The notes beneath the pieces are model-generated. The model searched no databases. It was not told where the DNA came from and worked only from the letters and a program-made list of their open reading frames with translations. A stretch of DNA of 64,000 nucleotides from an uncultured Acidobacteriaceae bacterium (GTDB taxonomy: Bacteria > Acidobacteriota > Terriglobia > Terriglobales > Acidobacteriaceae). Location: the NCBI GenBank assembly GCA_964245045.1, contig CAXTLD010000007.1, positions 1,971 through 65,970 of the forward strand, given 5' to 3'. Numbering within the stretch: the stretch's first letter is position 1; the number at the start of each line of letters is the position of its first letter. This document shows positions 38,060 to 46,400 of this stretch, one piece after another. A program made the translations under genes and the position numbers.

Positions 38060-38285
38060 GCGTGTTGGCGCGTTGCGTTGGCATTGCAGTTTGGCGCTGC
38101 GCGTTGGCACTGCAGTTTAGCGCTGCGCGTTAGCATCGCGTGTTGGCGGGTCCGATTGACGCCACTGCCACTCCTGCTAACGCGCAGCGCCAACCCCAGC
38201 CAATGCACCAGCGCTAACGCGCAGCGCCAACCCCAGCCAACGCGCCAGCGCTAACGCGCCAGCGCCAACCTCAGCCAACACACCG
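38060..38285. repeat. Composite inverted/tandem repeat (REP/BIME-like), copy 1
   Basis: Two 26-nt units (38075-38126), a 16-bp perfect inverted repeat (38120-38135 / 38175-38190), and three ~37-nt units starting at 38176, 38213 and 38250. Confidence 0.8.
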
Positions 38286-38313
38286 CCATCTGACCCAGAG
38301 AGAGAGGAAACGC

Positions 38314-38598
38314 ATGGCTGACGACGCACAGCAACCAACACCACCGCGCGAACCCCGCGGCTTTGGCGAGCGCACCCGAGGTCTCGCCGGGGAGTATGCC
38401 CACGAGCAGGGCTGGGGTTTGGATGAGCCGGAACGCACCAAACTGCCCAACGCGCCGCAAGACACCGACGGTGGCACCGACTACGAGTACGGCGCGCGTG
38501 ACTTCGGCGACGAGCCCGTCAACACGGCCATCGACCACACGGACCGCACGGTGAACGACACCGCAGCCGCAACCCCTTCCGCAACCCCCAAGGAGTAA
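38314..38598 (+). CDS. Small acidic hydrophilic hypothetical protein
   Basis: RBS GAGGAAA; EYAHEQGWGL, GGTDYEYGARDFGDEPV. Confidence 0.7.
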   Translation: MADDAQQPTPPREPRGFGERTRGLAGEYAHEQGWGLDEPERTKLPNAPQDTDGGTDYEYGARDFGDEPVNTAIDHTDRTVNDTAAATPSATPKE

Positions 38599-38604
38599 GA
38601 ATCC

Positions 38605-38886
38605 ATGTCCAACGAACACACACAGCACGCCGGCAAAGCCAGCCTCGAGGCCATGCACGAGAACGACGCACACAACACCGGCACCAACGATGCGGTACCC
38701 GGCGGCGCGCACGCGCACTCGGTCGCTGCCCACGAGACCGGCGCCCAGCCTCACACCAAGCCCGCCGAAGACGGCCGCTCGCTCATCGCTCAGGAGGAGG
38801 TAGCGCAACGTCTAGATCGTGGCCACGCGAACAACCGCGGCGTCGGCGCGGGCCTGCGCGGCGATTCCGGCACGCGCGGTCAGTAG
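38605..38886 (+). CDS. Small His/Gly/Ala-rich hydrophilic hypothetical protein
   Basis: RBS AGGAG at the end of the previous gene; followed by a terminator. Confidence 0.65.
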   Translation: MSNEHTQHAGKASLEAMHENDAHNTGTNDAVPGGAHAHSVAAHETGAQPHTKPAEDGRSLIAQEEVAQRLDRGHANNRGVGAGLRGDSGTRGQ

Positions 38887-38904
38887 GTTCAAGCGCAAAC
38901 AGAA

Positions 38905-38942
38905 GAACAGGCGCGGCATAGAGTCGCGCCTGTTCATTTTTG
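38905..38942 (+). terminator. Rho-independent terminator
   Basis: GAACAGGCGCG-loop-CGCGCCTGTTC followed by ATTTTT. Confidence 0.75.
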
Positions 38943-38971
38943 CAACTCACATTGATAACCGATGTCTGGAA

Positions 38972-39025
38972 TTGAACGCGTTCAAATTCGATGATTATCC
39001 GAGATGATTTGAACGCGTTCAAATT
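38972..39025. repeat. Two copies of palindrome TTGAACGCGTTCAA(ATT), 37 nt apart
   Basis: Exact 17-nt direct repeat at 38972-38988 and 39009-39025; the second lies within a perfect 18-bp palindrome ATTTGAACGCGTTCAAAT. Confidence 0.85.
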
Positions 39026-39030
39026 TGCAG

Positions 39031-39351
39031 TTAGCTGTTGATCACCTTTTCCTGCTGCGCGCGTTCTTCGCTCGCGGGCCGATTGGTTACGCCCGGCTTG
39101 TCGCCCTCGGGAAGGGTCGGGCCACTAGGTGCCGTATTCGCCGTGCCCTCGTCCAACGACTTGGGCTGATTGTCGCGTCCGGCGTTGGCGTTAAAGGCGC
39201 GCGTTCCACCGGTCTGTGCACCGTCGCTGTTTTCGTACAGGCTGGGGTCGGCGCGCAACGTGTCCTCGGGGCTCATGTTCGGATCAAGATCGTCCTGCGC
39301 CGAGTTCACATCTTGTGCGGTATTGGTGTGCGGGGTCGTGGGTACTGCCAT
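39031..39351 (-). CDS. Small acidic disordered hypothetical protein
   Basis: RBS AGGAGA; low-complexity D/N/T/P/G composition. Confidence 0.65.
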   Translation of the reverse strand: MAVPTTPHTNTAQDVNSAQDDLDPNMSPEDTLRADPSLYENSDGAQTGGTRAFNANAGRDNQPKSLDEGTANTAPSGPTLPEGDKPGVTNRPASEERAQQEKVINS

Positions 39352-39479
39352 CGCGGTGTCTCCTCTTGCTCTACGACGCGGCTATGATCTCCGGAGGTGC
39401 CTGCCTCGCATTCTGTACCTCAATGACCTCCGCGATCGCATACGATGGGGGGCAGTACCAATATCATTCAAGGACTCTC

Positions 39480-39866
39480 ATGCCGAACGGATCGTATCGC
39501 CGCGCTGTTTACGTTGCTTCAAGTTTTCTTGTCGCTCTTGCGCCCGCAACGCCCGCCCTTGCGCAGCAGTACAGCGCCACGTACGCCGCCTGCCACGCAC
39601 GCGCAAAGAACCCGGTTCAAGAGACCGTCTGCGACCAAAGCGAACTGGGCAAACAGGACGACCGGCTGAATAAGGCTTACAAGCAAGTGATGTCACAGTA
39701 CGCCGGTGATCCCGCCAAGCAGACCGCGTTGCGTAATGAAGAACGCACCTGGCTCAAGAAGCGCGACTACGATTGCAAGATCAACGGCACTACCATTGAC
39801 GACGAGTGCCTGATGCGCCAAACGGCCCAACGCGCCGACCTGCTGGAAAAGCAAGTGAAGTTCTAG
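39480..39866 (+). CDS. LprI/DUF1311 lysozyme-inhibitor-like exported protein
   Basis: Signal peptide; C...C...D.RLNKAYK...LR.EER.WLKKRD..C...C...T..R..L pattern. Confidence 0.8.
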   Translation: MPNGSYRRAVYVASSFLVALAPATPALAQQYSATYAACHARAKNPVQETVCDQSELGKQDDRLNKAYKQVMSQYAGDPAKQTALRNEERTWLKKRDYDCKINGTTIDDECLMRQTAQRADLLEKQVKF

Positions 39867-39872
39867 CGCTGC

Positions 39873-42689
39873 TCACGCCGCAGGCAAAGCTTGCAACGCA
39901 GCCTCCACCTTTTCTTTGAGCGACCGTGTCTCCTGTGCCTGCTTGCGAAGTCCGTCCACAATGGGTGCCGGAGCCTTGGCCAGAAAGGTTTCGCTGCCCA
40001 ACTGCTTTTCCGCTGTGGCCAAGCCTTTTTCGAGCTTGGCAAGCTCTTTGGTCAGGCGCTCCCGTTCAACGGCCACGTCCACCTGCCGCTCATACACCAC
40101 GGCCACGTCGAACAGCGCCGTCGACCGTGCATTGGCGCCGGTGAACGGCGCGCTCATTAACTCCACATCACGCACGCGTGCTAGCCGCGCTAGCAAATCT
40201 GCGTGCGCGTCCACCAGCGCGGCCACGCGATTGTCCGCATGCACCTGAATCGGCACCGGCTCTTTTTCCGGCACAGCCAATTCCTTGCGCAGTGCACGCA
40301 CGGTCACCACCAGCTCCTGCAACGTGTCCATCGCTTCCACGCTTGCCTGGTCCGCGGGGAAGTCCGCCGCTTGCGGGAAACGTGTCAACGCGATTGACTT
40401 CGCCGGCACGGGGACATCCACCTGCGCGTGCAGCGCGTGCCAAAGCTCTTCGGTAAGGAAGGGCATGAAGGGCGACAGCAGACGCAGCGCCGCTTCGAAG
40501 ACGCTGACCAGCGCGCCCAACGTCAGCGCGGTGCCTGCGTTCGTTTCCGCGTCGAAGTTGAGTCGCAACTTCACCAGCTCCACGTACCAGTCGCAGAACT
40601 CGCCCCAGAAGAACCCGTACACCGCCTGCGCGGCCTCATCGAAACGATAGTCTGCCAGCGAACGCGCCACAGCCGCAGCGACCGCATGCAGCCGCGCAAA
40701 GATCCATCGCGTCTCCAGCGGCGTTTCGTCGGGCAGCGCGGGTTGCAACGCTCCAATGCCTGCAAGCGGCGAGTGCAGCGATACGCGATATCCCGCCTCG
40801 CGCCCACGCTCGATCTGCATGGCGAGAAAACGCGCTGCGTTCCAGATCTTGTTTGCAAACGCGCGGTAGCCTTCCGTGCGTGCCTCGTTAAAGGCAATGT
40901 CTGTTCCAGGCGAGGCCTGCGACGCCAGCGTGAACCGCACAGCATCTGTGCCAAACTGCGTGATGATCGCAATCGGGTCAACCACGTTGCCTTTGGTCTT
41001 CGACATCTTTTCGCGATTCGCGTCGCGGATCAAACCGTGGATGTACACGTTGCGAAACGGCACGGTATCGGCCAACGATCGCCGCACGCCAGACGGCATG
41101 GGCACATCCTCCATCAGGTGGCAGCCCAGCATGATCATGCGCGCCACCCAAAAGAACAGGATGTCGAAACCCGTGACCAGCAGATCGGTGGGATAGAACG
41201 CGGCCAGATCGGGCGTGAGCGTGTCTGTGCCGTCCCAACCGAAAACGGTGAAGGGAAGCAGCCCGGAAGAGACCCACATGTCGAGCACGTCGGTCTCCTG
41301 ATGCAAATCGCTGCCGCCGCACGTGGCGCAGACTGCAGGAGCCTCCTGGGCGACGTTGATCGCGGCGCACGCGGCGCAGTGCCACGCCGGGATGCGATGC
41401 CCCCACCACAGCTGGCGCGAGATGCACCAGTCGTGGAGGTTGTTCATCCACTCAAAGTACGTCTTCGTGTAGTTCTCCGGAACGATGCGCACATGCCCTT
41501 CGCGCACCGCGGCCATCGCCTTTGCCGCGAGCGAGGCACCGCCGCTCGCGGGCTCCTTATGCACCGCGATAAACCACTGCGTGGAAAGCCGCGGCTCGAT
41601 GACCGCACCCGTTCGTTGACTGACCGGCAAAGTGAGCGCGTGGTCCTTTACGGCCACCAACGCGCCGCTTGCTTCGAGATCGCCGACGATGCGCTCGCGT
41701 GCGGCAAAGCGGTCGAGGCCGTGATACGGCGAGCCTTCCATCTGTATGCGCGCGCGCTCGTCCATGATCGACGGCTGCGGCAGTTGGTGACGCTGACCGA
41801 TGGCGAAGTCGTTGGGGTCGTGTGCGGGTGTGACCTTCACCGCGCCCGTGCCGAACTCCGGGTTAGCCCAGCTATCCGCGATGACGGGAATCTGCCGCTC
41901 CGGGCCACCATGCGCACCGCTGAGCGGCAACATCAACAGCTTGCCCACGACGTTGGTGTAGCGTGCATCGTCTGGGTTCACGGCCACCGCCACGTCGCCC
42001 AGCATGGTCTCCGGCCGCGTGGTGGCGATGACCACGGAGCCCGTGCCGTCAGCGAGCGAATAGCGAATGTGGTAGATTTTGCCGGCGCGTTCCTCACTGT
42101 CAACCTCGAGATCGCTGACCGCTGTTTGCAGTTGCGGATCCCAGTTGACGATGTATGCGCCGCGATAGATGAGCCCCTGCTCCCACAAGCGCACGAACGC
42201 TTCGCGCACGGCCCGGCTCAGCCGCTCGTCCATGGTGAAGTACTCGCGCGTCCAGTCCACGCTCGCGCCCAGGCGACGCATCTGCTCCGTGATCGCGCCG
42301 CCGTACTCGCGCTTCCACGTCCACACGCGCTCGGTAAAGGCATCACGCCCCAACTCCTGCCGCGTCGGCCCAGCCTCGGCCTTGAGCTGCCGCTCGACCA
42401 TCATCTGCGTCGCAATGCCGGCATGATCGGTGCCCGGCACCCACACACTCCGCTCGCCCAGCATGCGGTGCCAGCGGGCCAGAATGTCCATCTCCGTCTG
42501 GTTGAGCATGTGGCCCATGTGCAGCCGGCCGGTCACATTCGGTGGGGGCAGCAACTGCACGAAGCTCAGCTGCGCAGCTTCGCCCTGTTGCGGGGTTTCC
42601 ACCGCAAACAGCTTTTCCTCAATCCAGTACCGTGCCCATTTTTCTTCGATCGCCGCTGGGTCGTACGCCTTCGGAAGCTCAGAACTCAT
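39873..42689 (-). CDS. valS: Valine--tRNA ligase
   Basis: PPPNVTG.LHMGH, PGTDHAGIATQ, TTRPETMLGD, DWCISRQLWWGH, KMSKTKGN, C-terminal coiled coil. Confidence 0.98.
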   Translation of the reverse strand: MSSELPKAYDPAAIEEKWARYWIEEKLFAVETPQQGEAAQLSFVQLLPPPNVTGRLHMGHMLNQTEMDILARWHRMLGERSVWVPGTDHAGIATQMMVERQLKAEAGPTRQELGRDAFTERVWTWKREYGGAITEQMRRLGASVDWTREYFTMDERLSRAVREAFVRLWEQGLIYRGAYIVNWDPQLQTAVSDLEVDSEERAGKIYHIRYSLADGTGSVVIATTRPETMLGDVAVAVNPDDARYTNVVGKLLMLPLSGAHGGPERQIPVIADSWANPEFGTGAVKVTPAHDPNDFAIGQRHQLPQPSIMDERARIQMEGSPYHGLDRFAARERIVGDLEASGALVAVKDHALTLPVSQRTGAVIEPRLSTQWFIAVHKEPASGGASLAAKAMAAVREGHVRIVPENYTKTYFEWMNNLHDWCISRQLWWGHRIPAWHCAACAAINVAQEAPAVCATCGGSDLHQETDVLDMWVSSGLLPFTVFGWDGTDTLTPDLAAFYPTDLLVTGFDILFFWVARMIMLGCHLMEDVPMPSGVRRSLADTVPFRNVYIHGLIRDANREKMSKTKGNVVDPIAIITQFGTDAVRFTLASQASPGTDIAFNEARTEGYRAFANKIWNAARFLAMQIERGREAGYRVSLHSPLAGIGALQPALPDETPLETRWIFARLHAVAAAVARSLADYRFDEAAQAVYGFFWGEFCDWYVELVKLRLNFDAETNAGTALTLGALVSVFEAALRLLSPFMPFLTEELWHALHAQVDVPVPAKSIALTRFPQAADFPADQASVEAMDTLQELVVTVRALRKELAVPEKEPVPIQVHADNRVAALVDAHADLLARLARVRDVELMSAPFTGANARSTALFDVAVVYERQVDVAVERERLTKELAKLEKGLATAEKQLGSETFLAKAPAPIVDGLRKQAQETRSLKEKVEAALQALPAA

Positions 42690-42726
42690 AGAGTTTTAGC
42701 CTAGCAGGCTGCGCGGGCGAGCTTGT

Positions 42727-43030
42727 CTACAGGTCACGTCCACGTAGCAAACGCGGCACGTCGCGTGAGCCCTGAGTCACAGCCACAATCTCAATCTGAT
42801 CCTGCGCGACTCGGTACACGATCAGGTATGCGCCTACCGGCCAGAACAGAAGGGGTGCAGACGATAAATCTCGCCGCGAGTGGCCGAGCCCAGGCCTGCT
42901 TGCCAACAGCCTCATCGCCGCGAACAGCCGATCCGCCCATCGCTCAGCAGCGTCAACACTGTCGCGAGCTATATTCCCAGATCTCGTCGAGGTCAGCCTT
43001 CGCGTCCGGAGCGACTCTGTACAGGCTCAT
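42727..43030 (-). pseudogene. parE: ParE/RelE-family toxin, frameshifted
   Basis: ATG 43030 overlaps the antitoxin stop; MSLYRVAPDAKADLDEIWEY then a premature TGA. The shifted frame gives (I)ARDSVDAAERWADRLFAAMRLLASRPGLGHSRRDL...YLIVYR...EIVAV. Confidence 0.85.
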
Positions 43031-43293
43031 GCGGCTTGCTGACGACGCATAGCAGCTTTGTCACGGAAATTGGCTTCTACCTCTTCGCCAGGGATACCTT
43101 CACCGCGATCCAGCGAGTCCAGCCGCCGCTGTATCGCTTGCTGAAAGTCGGCGAGCTCCCGGACTCGTCGCTGCTCCTCATCGTCAAGCAAACGTAAGCC
43201 TTCGCTGAGCACCTGTTCTACAGAACCGAAGCGGCCCGAAGTGATGTGCCTCTCAACGAGCGCGGCTATTTCCGGCGTGAGCGCAATCTCCAC
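43027..43293 (-). CDS. parD: ParD-like ribbon-helix-helix antitoxin
   Basis: I.LTPE..ALVE.HITSGRFGSVEQVLSEGLRLL...GLDSLDRGEG-like pattern. Confidence 0.85.
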   Translation of the reverse strand: MEIALTPEIAALVERHITSGRFGSVEQVLSEGLRLLDDEEQRRVRELADFQQAIQRRLDSLDRGEGIPGEEVEANFRDKAAMRRQQAA

Positions 43294-43358
43294 GGTAAGC
43301 CTCCAAGCTCATGCTCAATGGTCGTGATGCGCATGTCAATCTTCTTTCGCGCCCACAA

Positions 43359-46180
43359 CTAGAAGCTGTACCGCAGCCCAGCCTCCACGCGCCGCCCAGT
43401 CTCCACGCGCCGCCCAGTGTCCGCCGCGTACGGCACACCGAACGTCGGTGAGCCGAGCACGCCGCCCACTGCCGTCACGTTGGTGTGATTCAACAGGTTG
43501 GCCGCGCGCAGGTTTACGGTCAGCGTTTGCTGATGTTCGGCCTTGGCGTTGCGCGTCAAGTTGAACGCGCGTTGCAGGTTGGTGTCCAGGTAAAAGCGCC
43601 ACGGCATCACGCCCTTGTTGCGCGGAAACACGCCGGTCCCACCACTTGCAACGAGCAAGCCGTAGGTCGTATGCACCGCGTTGGGCGCACCGACGGCGGC
43701 GTACTGCGGTCGATCGTTGAAGTTGCCGTCGCCGTTGTTGTCAAAGCCCGTGGTGATGTTGTAGTGCGCGTCGCCGCTGCCGTTTAGGTTGCCGCTCAGG
43801 ATCACCTTGTGCGGCAACGTAAAGCTGGCGTTGCCGAACAGATTCCACACCGGTTGGTTGCTGCGATGCGCGAGCTCGCCGGCGTTGCTGAAGGCGCTTT
43901 GCGGTGTCGCGAACGCGTCGTCGTCACTGTCGTCCAGCAGGTTCACGCGCACCGCGCCGACAAACATCTGCACGCGCTTCAGCGTGTGCTGCTCCACACT
44001 GACAAACGCCACATTCGCGCGTCCTTGCCCGCTGTTCTGCACCTGCAACAGATCGAGGTTCGGCACGCCGAGCGCGCGTCGTCCGGTTGGATTGCCGTCG
44101 AGCGGAGCGTTGACGTTGTTGCTGCGTTCCTCATTCCAAAGACGGGCCCAGTAGTAATCCAGCGACATGTTCCAGCCAAACGGCAGCGCGCGCGTTCCGC
44201 CCACGTTGCCGATCGCGTAGCTTGAATTGCCAAGGTGAGCCGCGGGCGCGCGCTGGCTGTGAATGGGCTGGATGCCGGCAAACGGATTGCACCCGCTAGG
44301 GCTGGCCGCGCCGCAGAAGACGGCGTTATAGCCCGTGCTGGTCACGCGATCCGTGCCGTCCTCCCGCAAGACCTCCGCCCATTGCCGATGGCGAAACTCA
44401 CCGGAAAACAGCCCCTCATGCGCATGCAAGGTCCAAGCGCCCTTCTTGGTGGGGGACCACAGAATGCCCAGGCGTGGCGTCAGGCCGTTGCGCGTCGTGG
44501 GATCGGTTTGCACGAAGTACCGCAGACCCATGGCCATGTGAACGCCCTTGCCCACGTTCCAATCGTCCTGCACGAACAACGCGTTGTTGATCTGCGTGAA
44601 GCGAACCACCGGCGTTCCCGCCACGTTGCTGAACGCGGTGGGTGCGCCGCCAGGCAACTGCAGCAGCGCGCGCCGGTACTGCTCCACACCGGTGATGGAT
44701 GCGGTTTGCCCGGGCAACGCCGCTCCCGTGGCGCCCAGCACCGGCGCGATGCCGCCGCCGAAGAGGTACGTCCCGTTGAAGTTGCTGGTCAGCTCGTCGT
44801 GGTCGGTGTGCGTACCCAGTTGCGTGCCGAACTTGAACGTGTGCCGCAGGGTGGTCAGGATCGCGTCGTCGTCGACCTCCACACCCAGGTTGCGCAGCCG
44901 CTCCGCGCCGAGCGTCGCGCCTCCGCCGGTAAAGGCGCCGGACACCTGCAGCTGCGGCGTCGTGGAGTTCGGGGCGTCCGTTTCCCTCACCCAGTGAAGC
45001 TGAAAGCGGGCCTCATGCATCAGGTGCGTGGTGACGGTGGTGATGTCGGTGAAGCGCAGCACGTGCTCCGCATAGCCGCTGCTGTAGCCCGTTTCGGGCA
45101 GATCCAGGCCGCCCACGCCTTGGTTCGCGAAGCTGTTTACGTTGGGGCTGTAGGTGGCGATGAACGTGTTTTTCGCGCCAAGCTGCCAGTCCACGCGAGC
45201 CTCGCCCACCCATAGGCGTTGCGGTGTCGCGACGTTTTGGCTGACGTGTATGGGGTTCCCGTTTATGTCCAGTGTCGTTGCGTTCACCAGCCGAAGTCGT
45301 CGATCGCCCGGTGTTCCAAGGTGAGCGAAAAGTCCGAGCCCTGCTTGCGGATGGGCCCGTTCAGCTCGAAGCCGTAGCGCTGTTTGCCCAGCGGCGCCTT
45401 GCTGGTGGCGAACGGGTCCGAGGCGTTCATCCAACCGCTGCTGTTGGTGGCAAAGAGCGCGCCGTGAAACGCGGGTTGGCCTGGCTTGGTATAGACCTCG
45501 ATGCGCCCACCTTCAAACGGCGGTTCACGGTACTCGGCCGAGTAGAGATCGGGGTTGACCTTGATGTACGCAATGGAGCTCTTGGGCGGCAGCTTGCTCG
45601 ATTCCTGAAAGCCGTTCACGGAGATGGTGGTGTTAGCTGGGTTGCCGCCGGCCGCCGCCCCCAGCTGTTGCAACTGCCGCTGCAGATCGTCCGGATCGTC
45701 GGCGAGCGCTTGCAGCTGCTTGCCCGCGATCGTCTGGCTTGTGCCCGTGCCCTGCGTGTCGGGTGCGGTCACTTCGTCGGCGTTTACCTGGACGCCGATC
45801 TCCACGTTCGCCGGTTGCAGCACAAGCTCCACGTCCGCCCCACGCGGCATTCGCACCTGTATCTCCGCTGCAGCAAAGCCTTCCGCTTGCACGCGCAGCC
45901 GATGGGTTCCTGCCGCCACGCACGCGAAGCGAAACCGACCATCGCTTCCGCTGGTGAGCGGCGCGGCGTCGTCCAGCGTGACTGCCGCTCCCGGGATCAG
46001 AGCCCGTGTGCTATCGTGCACGGTGCCCGCCAATGCGGTCGCGTGGTCCCCGGGACAGGGGCTGTTGACGGCAGCTCGCGTTTGGGCGATCGCTGTGCTC
46101 TCGACTGCGGTCAGGGCATACGGAGCGACAAGCACCACAAGTGTGGCTGGCGGGAAGCGGCGTGTCATAGGGGTCCTCAT
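43359..46180 (-). pseudogene. TonB-dependent-receptor/Oar-like outer-membrane protein with carboxypeptidase-regulatory-like N-domain, split by a 1-nt frameshift near 45292
   Basis: Frame A ends LEHRAIDDFGW*; frame B continues LVNATTLD through a beta-barrel ending in LRYSF. Could be a sequencing artefact. Confidence 0.8.
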
Positions 46181-46341
46181 AAGAGCCCGAGGTCGTTGCC
46201 GAAACGCAGCACCTGCGGTGATGGCCGTTGCTCGGCTCCAACGTATGCCGATCCCTACGTTCTGTTGCGCGCTGCGGTTCCCGATGCTTTGCAGGAAACC
46301 GCTGCGGGCGTGGACGGGAACCGCGCTGGCGCTGAGGCGAG

Positions 46342-46374
46342 CAAAACGAAAGGCAGCGCCGGTGCGCTGCCTTC
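46342..46374 (-). terminator. Rho-independent terminator of bamD
   Basis: Minus strand GAAGGCAGCGC-ACCG-GCGCTGCCTTTCGTTTTGC. Confidence 0.7.
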
Positions 46375-46400
46375 ACGTTCTGTTGGCGTTCGAGGCGAAG

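Noticed and set aside
38972-39025. Mini CRISPR array
   Set aside because: Only two 17-nt repeats with a 20-nt spacer and no cas genes; kept as a palindrome finding instead.
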